Assembly: GCA_964016885.1 (NCBI GenBank)
Contig: CAXHJY010000166.1
Coordinates: 1 to 33,624, forward strand
Direction: 5' to 3'
Length of the DNA: 33,624 bases
Source: Eledone cirrhosa
Lineage: Eukaryota
Positions 1-13,749 of the stretch are shown here, in pieces. A program made the translations under genes and the position numbers. How positions within the stretch are numbered: position 1 is the stretch's first letter; every line of letters begins with the position of its first letter. The notes under the pieces are model-generated. The model was given only the letters and a program-made list of their open reading frames with translations. It did no database searches and was not told where the DNA came from.

Positions 1-47
1 CATGTGAAAAGTTAGGTAGAAGTGGTTACACAACAGTTAGTTCACCA

Positions 48-90
48 TACCGAGAACAATTGTTTCACCTTAGTGGGTCCTCAGCTCGTA
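48..90 (-). ncRNA. Minimal type I hammerhead ribozyme motif (Penelope-like)
   Basis: Minus strand reads tacgag-CUGAGGA-cccactaaggt-GAAA-C-AATT-G-UU-ctcggta. Core intact, palindromic stem III (ACAATTGT), stem I cgag/ctcg; stem II is weak (2 bp, with a mismatch at the core-proximal pair). Confidence 0.7.
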
Positions 91-276
91 ATAGACACCG
101 TTATACGGAACAGGAAGGACAACCGTATGAACGCGCATGCGCAGAACGGTCACTTCCCTCCGGCCATATTAAATTATATATATCTATTTAAATATATATA
201 TATATCTATCCAGCGAACCTCAAACCGTCAAAGTTGTTTTTCTACGGGTATGTCAGCATCTATAAAACAAATTTTG

Positions 277-372
277 TATTTTACCTGATGAAAGCGCACC
301 AAAACAGCTTTGGTTGCCCTTTAAATATATATAAAATAATTATGGTTTTATAAATGTAGTTTCCATTTATTA

Positions 373-377
<5 letters not shown>
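277..377 (+). mobile_element. Degenerate Penelope-like terminal repeat fragment with dead hammerhead
   Basis: CUGAUGA at ~284, stem II aag-gca-ccaaa/tttgg-tgc-ctt, then TAAA instead of GAAA and a TATATA stem III. The downstream 334-377 is homologous to the arms of the 9688-9867 inverted repeat. Confidence 0.5.
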
Positions 378-418
<41 letters not shown>

Positions 419-982
419 AATATATATATATATATATACATATATATTTAAGTATATATATATACATATATATTTAAATATATATATATACATATATATT
501 TAAATATATATATATATATAAGATATATATATATTTAAATATATTTAAATATATTTAAATATATATATATATTTAAATATATATTTATATATATATATAT
601 ATTTAAATATATATATATATATTTAAATATATATATATATATTTAAAGTATATTTAAATATATATATATATAAATATATTTAAATATATATATATATATA
701 TTTAAATATATATATATATATTTAAATATATTTAAATATATATATATATATAAATATATATAAATATATATATATAAAAATATATATAAATAAAAATATA
801 TATATATAAAAATATATATGAATATAAAAATATATATAAATATAAAAATATATATAAATAAAAATACATATGAATATATATATATATATAAATACATATA
901 TAAATATATATATATAAATTATATATATATAAATATATACATATATAAATATATATATAAATATCGATATAAATATATATAA

Positions 983-1035
<53 letters not shown>

Positions 1036-1041
1036 AATATA

Positions 1042-1073
<32 letters not shown>

Positions 1074-1666
1074 AATATATATAAAATATAAATATATATA
1101 TAAATATAAATATATATATATGTATAAATATATATATATATATATTTAAATATATTTATTAAATATTTAAATATATATATATATATATTTATTAAATATT
1201 TAAATATATATATATATATTTAAATATATATATATATTTAAATATATATTTATATATATATATATATTTAAATATATATATATATATTTAAATATATATA
1301 TATATATTTAAATATATTTAAATATATATATATATATATATAAATATATTTAAATATATATATATATATATTTAAATATATATATATATAAATATATATA
1401 AATATATATATATAAAAATATATATAAATAAAAATATATATATATAAAAATATATATGAATATAAAAATATATATAAATATAAAAATATATATAAATAAA
1501 AATACATATGAATATATATATATATATAAATACATATATAAATATATATATATAAATATATGTATATAAATATATACATATATAAATATATAAATATCGA
1601 TATAAATATATATAAATATATAAATATATATATATATATATATAAATATATATATATAAATATATA

Positions 1667-1698
<32 letters not shown>

Positions 1699-2109
1699 AA
1701 TATATATAAAATATAAATATATATATAAATATAAATATATATATATGTATAAATATATATATATATATATTTAAATATATTTATTAAATATTTAAATATA
1801 TATATATATATATTTATTAAATATTTAAATATATATATATATATTTAAATATATATGTATATATATATATATATATATAAATATATATATTTAAATATAT
1901 ATATTTAAATATATATATATATATATTTAAATATATATATACATATATTTAAATATATATATATATATATATTTAAATATATAAATATATATATATATAT
2001 ATATTTAAATATATATATTTAAATATACATATATATATTTAAATATATATATATAAATATTTAAATATATATATATATATATTTAAATATATATATATAT
2101 ATATATATT

Positions 2110-2163
<54 letters not shown>

Positions 2164-2202
2164 AATATATATATATATATATATATTTAAATATATATAT
2201 AT

Positions 2203-2258
<56 letters not shown>

Positions 2259-2312
2259 AATATATATATATATTTAAATAAATATATATATTTAAATATA
2301 TATATATATATT
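375..2312. repeat. (TA)n / TTTAAA-interrupted microsatellite containing a ~635-bp tandem duplication
   Basis: Diagnostic interruptions recur at ~635-bp spacing (aaatacatatgaat ~862/~1500; atatcgatat ~961/~1594). Confidence 0.9.
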
Positions 2313-2463
2313 AGTGGAAATTTAGACGGGAACAAAACAGAGGCAGACAAATAAAGGTGTATTAGTTTCACGCTCTTGTATATTTAAATATATATATATT
2401 TTTACGTTTGAGTAAAATGAGAGTAGGCAAGACTGGTAAATTTTGTTCAAAGTTTATTTTTTT

Positions 2464-2524
2464 AAACATCATACACATTTCAGTGGCCACATTATATAGG
2501 GGCTGATATCTTAATCAGGTGTAT
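2464..2524 (-). other. Degenerate hammerhead relic followed by AATAAA
   Basis: Minus strand: atacac-CUGAUUA-...gcc...ggc..-GAAA-TGTGTA-UG-atgttt...aataaa. Core G8 and the cleavage base are both non-consensus. Confidence 0.4.
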
Positions 2525-2678
2525 ATTGCATAATAGTTATATAATAAAGGAATAATGGTAAACACAATCCAATAATGTGTAAGGGGGGAAAGCAGTGAAA
2601 AAGAAATTGTCTGACACAAATTCGATCACGTGGTCCAGTTGTTTCCAGTTTGGCTGATGGTCTTCATTCGGCTATTCT

Positions 2679-2871
2679 AATTAATTATTTCTACTTTTTG
2701 GCACAAGGCCAGCAATTATCCCAGTGTATTACTGGTACTTTATTTCATCGACCCCGTAAGGATGAAAGGCAAAGTTAAACTCGGCGGGATTTGAACTCAG
2801 ACCGTAAAGGGACGTAACTATGCTAAAAAGCATGGCGTCCAACCCTCTACCGATACTGCCAATTCACCGCC
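2679..2871 (-). mobile_element. tRNA-derived SINE, full length (octopus type)
   Basis: Minus strand begins GGCGGTGAATTGGCAGTATCGG (A box) ... GAGTTCAAATCCC (B box), then GCCTTTCATCCTTACGGGGTCGAT body and GGCCTTGTGCC..GTAGAAA tail; many copies in the window. Confidence 0.92.
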
Positions 2872-2887
2872 CTTTTGCTATTCTAAT

Positions 2888-3033
2888 AAATTGTTTCTAC
2901 TTTAGGCACAAGGCCAGCAACTACCTAGTACATTACTGGTACTTTATTTTATCGAACCCGTAAGGATGAAAGGGAAAGTTAACCTAATTAATTGTTTCTA
3001 CTTTAGGCACAAGGCCAGCAATTACCCAGTGCA
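2888..3033 (-). mobile_element. Two 5'-truncated tandem copies of the same SINE
   Basis: ttgtttctactttaggcacaaggccagcaa repeated at ~2891 and ~2992, each progressively shorter. Confidence 0.88.
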
Positions 3034-3220
3034 TGACCTAATTAGTATTGTCTTATTAGTTCGGTGTGTGGTGAAAGGTTTGTATGTTTATTACTAGTAC
3101 GCTGTCACTCCCTGCAATTCGGACTCCAGCTATCCTTAAAAGGTCCAAAGAAGATCAGCTTACAGAGAAATATGTTATATTCGGGTCACGCTGAAAGGGT
3201 GTATAAACTTACTATAAAAT

Positions 3221-3252
3221 TATACATACATACACACACGCACACACATATA

Positions 3253-3326
<74 letters not shown>

Positions 3327-3373
3327 AATATATATATATACATATATATACATACATATATAATCTTATATTT

Positions 3374-3404
<31 letters not shown>

Positions 3405-3938
3405 CTTTAGATATATTCATATATACATACTTATGTATACATATAAAGATACATATATGTATATATATATACATACATTTTTATACATATATAGATATAC
3501 GCATATATATATATATATATATACATACATATATACATACATTTTTATACATATACGCATATATTCATATATACATACATATATATTCATATATACATAT
3601 ATATATATATTCATATTCATATATACATACATATATACATCTATATATATTCATATATACAAATATATATATTCATATATACATACATATATATTCATAT
3701 ATATACATACATATATATTCATATATACATACATATATATTCATATATACATACATATATTCATATATACATACATATATATATTCATATATACATACAT
3801 ATATATTCATATATACAAATATATATATTCATATATACATACATATATTCATATATACATACATATATATTCATATATACATACATATATATTCATATAT
3901 ACATACATATATATTCATATATACATATATATATATTC

Positions 3939-3979
<41 letters not shown>

Positions 3980-4069
3980 CATACATATATATATACATAC
4001 ATACATATATATATACATACATACATATATATATACATACATATATATATACATACATATATATATACA

Positions 4070-4124
<55 letters not shown>

Positions 4125-4240
4125 ACGCATATATATATATTCATATGTACATATATATATATATATATATATATGTACATACATACATACATACATATAT
4201 ATATATATACGCATATATATATTCATATATTCATACTTAT
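3221..4240. repeat. (TA)n/(TACA)n microsatellite with TTCATA interruptions
   Basis: Direct inspection. Confidence 0.95.
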
Positions 4241-4257
4241 ACAATTATTTAAGTATA

Positions 4258-4362
4258 ACACTGGTACTTTATTTTATCGACCGCAGTACATTACTGGTAC
4301 TTTATTTTATCGACCCCGTAAGGATGAAAGGCAAAGTTAATCTCGGCGGGATTTGAACTCGG
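4258..4362 (-). mobile_element. tRNA-derived SINE fragment with internal duplication
   Basis: ctggtactttattttatcgacc occurs twice, followed by aggatgaaaggcaaagtt..ggatttgaactc (B box). Confidence 0.88.
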
Positions 4363-4708
4363 ATCATAATAATAATAATAGTTAGAAGATAAAGAACAAC
4401 CAGGACAACAGCAACAAGATCATGTACAACAAGAATAACAACAATTATGATAAAAACAATAATTCTAAGAGATGTAAAACGAAGAAATAAGAAAAATGAA
4501 GGAGAAAGGAAGAAAACAGAACAAAGAAGAAGAAAAAAAAGCCAGAATGAAAGAAGGAAAGAAAGCAGGAAGAAAGAAACCAATATGTTCTGTTGTTAAT
4601 TTCGACAGGAAGTGTGAAATGAGTTAAGATCAGCCTTGACCGGAAGCTGGCTTTTAATAAAGATGGCTGATCAATTCAGCTAACTTAGAGAAGTAGAAAG
4701 GAAATAGG

Positions 4709-4874
4709 ACAGAGAGAGAGAGTATGTGTGAACGGGTGAGAGATAGAGATAGAGATAGAGATAGAGATAGAGAGATAGATAGAGAGAGATAGAGAGAGAG
4801 AGATATATAGACAGAGAGATGGAGAGATAGATAGATAGAGATAGATAGATAGAGAGAGATAGATAGATACAGAG

Positions 4875-4912
<38 letters not shown>
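4709..4912. repeat. (GA)n/(GATA)n/(GAGATA)n microsatellite
   Basis: Direct inspection. Confidence 0.93.
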
Positions 4913-4913
<1 letters not shown>

Positions 4914-4919
4914 AGCTAT

Positions 4920-5400
4920 GCCTCGGCCGATTTACATGGATCTTTCTCGTTACTTTTATTCAACATTTAAGAAATATATATACTGGGGGTAGCGTTTCCT
5001 TCTCCACCCTCATCTTAAACAGGAACTTGAAAATATTGATGAGGGCTTGGCAGCAGAGGAATATATGTGTTTTCAGTCATATCAGCCTTGTCTACCACTT
5101 AACCTCTTTCGCCACAGTCATCAGACAAGAAAACTGTATGGCCTTCCTTGGCCATAAGATGGCGGCGGGTTGACTCGCACTACACGCGTGATAACGGTTG
5201 TTCGACAAAACCCTACTAGTCAGAAATGCACGGATATTTGAGGCAGTGAACGAAGCATCAAAATCCCTATAACTGCGTCCCTGTCTGCGTGTTCTAACGA
5301 GGGGGAGCATTGGACCCCAGCCGTGGGAGAGATTGCCACATGTTTGAAAGTGGGGCTTTCGCTACCGTTCACGTCTAGGTCCACTAATTTATAGTCAGGG
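4920..5400 (-). pseudogene. Decayed C-terminal fragment of an L1/Tx1-clade LINE ORF2
   Basis: Minus-strand read-through of the 5092..5310 ORF gives FSCLMTVAKEVKW*TRLI*LKTHIFLCCQALINIFKFLFKMRVEKETLPPVYIFLKC*IKVTR. This resembles the AK..W..R...F..RW terminus of L1/Tx1 ORF2, with in-frame stops. Recognised from memory, not searched. Confidence 0.6.
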
Positions 5401-5410
5401 TCTCTCCCTC

Positions 5411-6225
5411 TATATATATACACACACACATATACATATATACATATATACACAGGCATATATATATGTATATATATATATATATGCACACATATATACA
5501 TATATACACAGGCATATATATATGTATATATATATATGCACATATATACATGCATACACACACACACATATATATGTATATATACACTTATATACATACA
5601 CACACACACATATATATATATACACATACATGTACATATGTATATACACACATATATATCTATATCTATACGTAACTATATATATACATATATATACATA
5701 TGTATATACACACATATATATATACATCTATATCTATACTTAACTATATATATACATATATATACATATGTATATACACACATATATATATATACATCTA
5801 TATCTATACATAACTATATATATACATATATATACATATGTATATACACACATATATATATACATCTATATCTATACGTAACTATATATATACATATATA
5901 TACATATGTATATACACACATATATATATACATCTATATCTATACATAACTATATATATACATATATATACATATGTATATACACACATATATATATACA
6001 TCTATATCTATACATAACTATATATATACATATATATACATATGTATATACACACACATATATATACATCTATATCTATACATAACTATATATATACATA
6101 TATATACATATGTATATACACATATCTATATATATACATATATATATATATACATATCTATATATACATATCTATATATATACATATCTATATATATACA
6201 TATCTATATATACATATATATATAA
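5411..6225. repeat. TA/CA microsatellite with a ~60-bp higher-order unit (about 8 copies, 5650-6130)
   Basis: Unit catctatatctatacataactatatatatacatatatatacatatgtatatacacac recurs about every 60-65 bp. Confidence 0.93.
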
Positions 6226-6254
6226 ACAGTAAGAGTGAGGAGAGAGAGTGAGGG

Positions 6255-6287
<33 letters not shown>

Positions 6288-7034
6288 GGACGGATTGTTA
6301 TGTAGATGATGACTAGATAGATAGATACATAAATAGATAGATGGATCAATAGATAAATAGACAGACGTTGTTAACTAGAGAAGTGTATGGAGGGTGGGGT
6401 AAATAAGGTTAGAAGAGCTATACTTTCGTTGTTTAGCCATCTAGATTGATAGAAAGATAAAGATAAAGAATGGCAAAGAAAGATGATGAGAAGACAAATA
6501 CCCCTGAAACAGAATCAAGTCAAGATATTAGGATAAATGCGGGTACAAAAAAAAAAAAAAAAAAATGAAGAACCAAAACAAATACATGAGTAAATAAAGA
6601 TAAAAGTAACAATAAAGAAAACCTAATAGAAAAAATTTAACAAATATACAAATAAACAAACTAAAGAAGAAAACAAAAGGAATATAAATAATAAGAAATA
6701 TCATTAAGTAATGGCGGAAAAGAATTGGAAGAAGCAGAAGGTAAGATAACAAAAAATAAGAAAAGAGGAAAAAATGAGCGGGAAAATGTTAGCAAAAGGC
6801 AGCCATCTTATCTAGGCTAGGAAATTAAGTGAAGTATTTGGAATGAAATGATGGGAGATGGATAGCAAAAACAAGATATTCACCTGCAATCAAATTTCTA
6901 ACGATGGTCGTCATCACGAATTTGTTGTCTATTTTTTATGGTCTTATTTTCTAGGGGTTTTTCTTGTGTCTTGTATCGTTTCTGTCTTAGTGCGAAGGGT
7001 TTGGATTGGTAGGAAGGGATCAAGGGATATGTAG

Positions 7035-7565
7035 ATATATATGTGTGTGTATGTATGTGTCTATGTGTGTATGTATTTATGTGTGTGTATGTATGTGTGT
7101 ATGTATGTGTGTATGCATGTATATGTATATATATATATGTATATGACAAGTATATACTCACACAAACATACACACACACACACACATATATATGCATTTA
7201 TATAGACACATATATGTATATATATTATATATGTGTATATATATATATATATATAGATATATGTATATATACGTATATGTATATATATAGATATATGTAT
7301 ATATACGTATATGTATATATACGTATATGTATATATATAGATATAATATAAACATACGTATATATATATATGTATATACATATATACAATATACATAATG
7401 TACTTGTATATATATATATATGTGTATATATATAATATATATATATGAATAATATACATATATATACGTATATATACATATATATAAATATATATATGTA
7501 TATATACGTATAATACACATACATATATGTATATATATATGTATGTATATATATGTGTGTGTGTC
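7035..7565. repeat. (TG)/(TA) microsatellite
   Basis: Direct inspection. Confidence 0.92.
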
Positions 7566-7859
7566 TGTCGCTCTCTATATATTCATGTGTATGTATAAAA
7601 GTCAGGGACATTGAAAGAGTTTAAAGTAGGGAGAAGGAAGGGAGGAATTGGAGAGTGTGGGTGGTGGTGGTGGTGATGGAGGGGGGGGGGGGAGTGGAGG
7701 AGGTTGGCGGAAGTGGAAGTTGGCGAAATTAGGGGGGGGGGAGGGAGGAGAGGATGGTGGCGGAGAAAATCTAACAATAGAAAAAGGAAGATGGCGGACA
7801 TGATAAACTTAACTGAAAAAGTACTGGGGGTCGACTTACATGACTTTGTGCGCCATCCA

Positions 7860-8095
7860 ACACCGACACCAGCACTACACCACCACCGCCGCCGCCACCA
7901 GCGCCACTACCATCACCACCACCTCCACTACCATCACCACCACTACACCACCACCACCACCACTACCACTACACCATCAGCACCACCAGCACTAAAACGC
8001 CACCAGCACGACTACCACTACACCATCACCACCACCAGCACTAAAACACCACCGCCACCAGCACCACCACTGCCATAACTACACCACCACCAACC
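7860..8095. repeat. Degenerate (CAC)n trinucleotide array
   Basis: Direct inspection. Confidence 0.9.
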
Positions 8096-8541
8096 TTTGT
8101 ACCTAAATTAGAAATTGTTTTTACCAATGGTTGAATTTAGAACTAAACACTGGAGCAAGGATCGGCTGAAACATTCATATATATATATATATATAGTATT
8201 AAGGATACTATTTATGGTTATGTATATACTAAAACTTTTTATAGTTATATATATTTTAAACCCTATATAAATAAGACACACGTGCATGCCCCACGTGTAA
8301 CTATTGCATACACTAACTACTTCAAACTATCCTCTTGCATTATCTTCGTAAACTGCCGATGTTGTATTTTAACATTAATTTTGTTTTAATTTTCTTTTAA
8401 TATGATTTTAATTTTTGAATGTAAATTGCCATGCTAAAATATTATAATGGATGTCGCCCCACTGTGCATCGATATATGCATATGTTTCTGGATGTCTCTT
8501 GTGTTGGAAAGGAGGTCATGTATGTAAACAATCATTGAAAA

Positions 8542-8593
8542 ATTGCTCCGAAGACTCCAAACCTCGGTTTGGACGAAACAATTGTAAGCTAAT
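8542..8593 (+). ncRNA. Minimal hammerhead motif with core substitutions (Penelope-like), followed by AATAAA
   Basis: attgct-CCGAAGA-c-TCCAAACC-tc-GGTTTGGA-c-GAAA-C-AATT-G-UA-agctaat. Long complementary stem II arms and palindromic stem III; U4 is C and the 10.1-11.1 pair is C-C. Confidence 0.65.
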
Positions 8594-8623
8594 AAATGGT
8601 TTGAACAGAACTTTGATTCATGT

Positions 8624-8626
<3 letters not shown>

Positions 8627-8675
<49 letters not shown>

Positions 8676-8755
8676 TCTCTCTTGCTCACTCTCCCTAAAT
8701 CTCTCTCTCTCTCTTGCTCGCTCGTTCTCTGTCTCTCTCTCTCTCCCTCTTGCTC

Positions 8756-8799
<44 letters not shown>

Positions 8800-8835
8800 G
8801 CTCTCTCTCTCGCTCTCTCCCAACTGCACCCACCA

Positions 8836-8837
<2 letters not shown>
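8627..8837 (+). repeat. Interrupted (CT)n repeat, inverted copy of 25290-25500
   Basis: Shared interruptions cttgctcactctc, ctaaatctct, ttgctcgctcg, ttgctcgtactc and cccaactgcacccaccacc. Confidence 0.85.
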
Positions 8838-8869
<32 letters not shown>

Positions 8870-9012
8870 AACTAGGTTGAGGAATTAAACTTATTTGGTC
8901 ATTCCATGAGAGTATCTCGGTCAACCTATGAACATATCAGCCGACCATCACATACATATATAAATATATATATAAATATCTATATATTTATTTATATTTA
9001 TTTATATATATG

Positions 9013-9066
<54 letters not shown>

Positions 9067-9289
9067 TTAGAGCAAACAATACGAGCGCTCTATCTCAAAA
9101 TTATTTTTGAAAAGCATTAGAAATGCGCAACCGGTAAAAACTTAAAACCAAAACTGAATACTAACCAATACTTAGTTTAATTAGGAATAAGTATAAATTA
9201 GTAATATTTTTCACTGGAAAAAATTTGTCAGCATTTTCTTTTCCTTTTACTAATATATCACAACTCATGTGTTACACCTCTATTTTTTA

Positions 9290-9478
9290 AAATAAATATA
9301 AATATATATAAATATATATATTTATTTATATATATATAAATATATATATTTATTTATATATATATATTTATATATATATAAATATATATATATTTATATA
9401 TATATATATATATATAATTATATATATTTATTTATATATAAATATATATATATATATTTATTTATATATATATATATA

Positions 9479-9534
<56 letters not shown>

Positions 9535-10473
9535 TATATATTTATTTATATATATATATAAATATATATATTTATTTATATATATATATATAAATATATA
9601 TATTTATTTATATATATATAAATATATATATTTATTTATATATAAATATATATTTTTATTTATATATATATAAATATATATATATATATACGATATTAAC
9701 AAATGGAAACTATATTTATAAAACCATATTTATTTCATTATACATATTTCAAGGACACCAAGTTAAATTATGGTGTGTTCAATATTTATTTATAAAACTG
9801 ATCTATAATATGTATAATGAAATAAATATGGTTTTATAAATATAGTTTCCATTTGTTAATATCGTATGTTTACTCCAAATATTTGTTGAGTGCTTTATAT
9901 CAGTTATAAAAATATTTGCTTGTTGTATCCCAACAATTTAAATAGAACTTTTGCATATATAAATATATATATATTTATATATATATATATAAATATATAT
10001 ATTTATTTATATATATATAAATATATATAAATATATATATTTATTTATATATATATATATAAATATATATATTTATTTATATATATATAAATATATATAA
10101 ATATATATATTTATTTATATATATATAAATATATATAAATATATATATTTATATATATATAAATATATATATATATTTATTTATATATATATAAATATAT
10201 ATAAATATATATATTTATATATATATAAATATATATATATATTTATTTATATATAAATATATATATATTTATTTATATATATATAAATATATATATTTAA
10301 TTATATATATATAAATATATATATATATATTTATTTATATATAAATATATATATATATTTATTTATATATATATAAATATATATATTTATTTATATATAT
10401 ATAAATATATATATATATATTTATTTATATATAAATATATATATATATTTATTTATATATATATAAATATATA

Positions 10474-10504
<31 letters not shown>

Positions 10505-11096
10505 TTATTTATATATATATAAATATAAATATATATATTTATTTATATATATATAAATATATAAATATTTTTATTTATATATATATATAAATATATATAT
10601 TTATTTATATATATATAAATATATATAAATATGTATATTTATTTAGATATATATAATATATATAAATATGTATATTTATTTAGATATATATAAATATATA
10701 TAAATATATATATTTATCTATATATATAAATATATATAAATATGTATATTTATTTATATATATATAAATATATATAAATATGTATATTTATTTATATATA
10801 TATAAATATATATAAATATATATATTTATTTATATATAAATATATATAAATATATATATTTATTTATATATAAATATATATATTTATTTATATATATATA
10901 AATATATATAAATATATATATTTATTCATATATAAATATATATATTTATTTATATATATATAAATATATATAAATATATATATTTATTTATATATAAATA
11001 TATATATTTATTTATATATATATAAATATATATATATATTTATTTATATATAAATATATATAAATATATATATTTATTTATATATAAATATATATT

Positions 11097-11129
<33 letters not shown>

Positions 11130-11135
11130 TTATTT
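9290..11135. repeat. (TA)n / TTTA / TAAA microsatellite, interrupted by 9688-9955
   Basis: Direct inspection. Confidence 0.93.
9688..9867. repeat. Perfect 61-bp inverted repeat with ~58-bp spacer (inverted truncated Penelope-like termini)
   Basis: 9688-9748 is the reverse complement of 9807-9867. The minus strand retains acacca/tggtgt stem II and GAAA-TATGTA-UA but lacks CUGANGA; homologous to 300-377. Confidence 0.85.
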
Positions 11136-11182
11136 ATTTTTAAATTTTCTAAACTATCTAAGTATTGGATTCTAACCATTAT

Positions 11183-11346
11183 AGGGTCGGACGCCATGCT
11201 TTCCAGCATAGTTACGTCCCTTTACGATCTGAGTTCAAATCCCGCCGAGGCTGACTTTGCCTTTCATCCTTAAAGGGTCGATAAAATAAAGTACCAGTAA
11301 TGCACTGGGTATTTGCTGGCCTTGTGCCTAAAGTAGAAAGAATTAT
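11183..11346 (+). mobile_element. tRNA-derived SINE, 5' end damaged
   Basis: ggacgccatgc...GAGTTCAAATCCC gccgagg..gcctttcatcc..gtcgataaaataaagtaccag..ggccttgtgcctaaagtagaaa. Confidence 0.92.
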
Positions 11347-11469
11347 AGTAAGTATTACCACCACACATTTTGTATGTGTGGATGTGTGTGTATGTCTGTG
11401 GATGTGGGTATGAGTGTAGTGCAAGCCAACCTACAGAAGTCTTTTTATTTGTAAATTTTCTACTCCAAC

Positions 11470-11940
11470 CATAAATTTCAGTAGCACCACTCCACATAAA
11501 TTCCTCAACTTAAGAATGACCTGTAGTATCTATTTCATACTATTAACCTCAATTGAATATATATCTGACCAGGAATGCCTTTTGTGAAAATCAGTCATAT
11601 GGAACTATTGTCATCTTGCCTGACGGTTTGAACTTTACAACACCACCTTCCTTTTTGAGGTTAAATACCAACCCTACTAGCATCTACAAACTGACCAATG
11701 AGAATCAAGACTATTCCTGCTGACAACATTAAATTATTCCTAACAAGCTCATATATCCCAAGGCTCTGATACCATCAAAACTATAACACAGAGCTGGCAT
11801 ATCTAAGAACTGACTAACTGCCTGATGAGGGCATAACCCTTCAGAAACTATCATTGAAATATATATAGCAGTAAATAAAGGATTATGAGTTCATGCAATT
11901 GACTTATGTTATGTAGAGAACAAATCTGTTCTATTTAGCT
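11470..11940 (+). mobile_element. Possible decayed 3' end of a Penelope-like element (GIY-YIG C-terminus plus terminal repeat)
   Basis: PDGLN encoded at 11619-11633 (P.GLN ends many PLE endonucleases), weak SVA..H.N upstream, then a hammerhead and AATAAA ~190 bp downstream. Confidence 0.5.
11817..11872 (+). ncRNA. Minimal type I hammerhead ribozyme motif
   Basis: actgc-CUGAUGA-(27 nt incl. ggg/ccc)-GAAA-T-ATAT-A-UA-gcagt-aaataaa. Perfect 5-bp stem I, intact core, palindromic stem III; stem II poorly closed. Confidence 0.7.
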
Positions 11941-12101
11941 GCTATTTTTAGTAGTGAAGAAGACAACATGTCTATGTTTTACTTCCGCTTTTACCATGGA
12001 CTAGTTCACGTACGGGTCATTTTTCTACCTCACTCGATTTGTGCTAGCTGGCAGATGGCGATATATTTTGCCGTTCCTGGGACTTTAGCCCTAGGAAAGG
12101 A

Positions 12102-12191
12102 AAATGCTTCTCTGATGAACTTTGCTTTTCCATTAGAAATCCAATGGATTCTAGTGTTTTACAAAGGGAAACCGATCGGTAAGGGCCATTT
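12102..12191 (+). ncRNA. Type I hammerhead ribozyme motif with long stem II
   Basis: aaatgcttct-CUGAUGA-aCTTTG...tagaaatcca/tggattcta...CAAAGg-GAAA-CCGATCGG-UA-agggccattt. Stem I 9/10 pairs including wobbles, intact core, palindrome ACCGATCGGT. Confidence 0.78.
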
Positions 12192-12269
12192 GAATAGGTA
12201 AATATTTAAATTATATTTTTTAATTTATTTTAAAAAATTGGTTAAATTTTGCTTGTTCTGCTTATCTTA

Positions 12270-12287
12270 ACACATATATATATATAC

Positions 12288-12351
<64 letters not shown>

Positions 12352-12389
12352 ATTAAAATCCTGGAGCGTGTTGGAGTTAAACACCCTCT

Positions 12390-12468
<79 letters not shown>

Positions 12469-12533
12469 TCATATATATATAATATACATATATATACATA
12501 CATATATATATGTATATATATACATATATATAC

Positions 12534-12608
<75 letters not shown>

Positions 12609-12856
12609 CATACACATATATATATACATACATATATATATATATATATATACACATATATATATATACATACATATATATATACATATATACATACATA
12701 TATATATATACATACATATATATATACATACATATACATACATATATTTACATATATATACATACATAAATTTACATATATATATATTTACATATATTTA
12801 CATACATATATTTACATATATATATTTACATATATATATATACATATATACATACA

Positions 12857-12906
<50 letters not shown>

Positions 12907-12927
12907 CATACATACATATATATATAC

Positions 12928-12961
<34 letters not shown>

Positions 12962-13008
12962 ATACATACATATATATATATATATACATACATATATATA
13001 TATATAGA

Positions 13009-13048
<40 letters not shown>

Positions 13049-13588
13049 CATACATATATATATATATATACATACATGCATATATATATATATATATACA
13101 TACATATATGTATATATACATACATATATATATACAATATCTACATACATATATATATATACATATATACATACATATATATATACATATATACATACAT
13201 ATAAATATACATATATATATACATATATACATACATATATATATACATATCTACGAACATATATATATACATATCTACATACATATATACATACATATAT
13301 ATATACATATATACATATATACATACATATATATATATACATATATACATACATATATACATACATATACATATATATATATATACATACATACATATAT
13401 ATATACATACATACATACATATATACATATATATATACATATATACATACATATATATACATATATACATACATATATATATACATATATACATACATAT
13501 ATATATACATATATACATACATATATATATATACATATATACATACATACATATATACATACATATATATATATACATATATACATAC

Positions 13589-13625
<37 letters not shown>

Positions 13626-13708
13626 TACATATACATATATAACTATATATATATATTTACATATAAATATATAACTATATATATATATATTTACATATAC
13701 ATATATAC

Positions 13709-13749
<41 letters not shown>

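Noticed and set aside
133-142. NRF1-like palindrome GCGCATGCGC
   Set aside because: Single motif inside a probable mobile-element fragment; insufficient to call a promoter.
2625-3190. Further hammerhead-like traces (2630-2670 minus; 3145-3185 plus)
   Set aside because: Multiple core mismatches and no convincing stem I.
7704-8078. ORF containing MADMINLTEKVLGVDLHDFVRHP
   Set aside because: No recognisable family or clear splice donor; runs into a CAC array, and the ATG is part of a YY1-like motif.
8451-12201. Short unique-looking ORFs 8451..8888 and 11968..12201
   Set aside because: They overlap hammerhead motifs or microsatellite; better explained as non-coding element termini.
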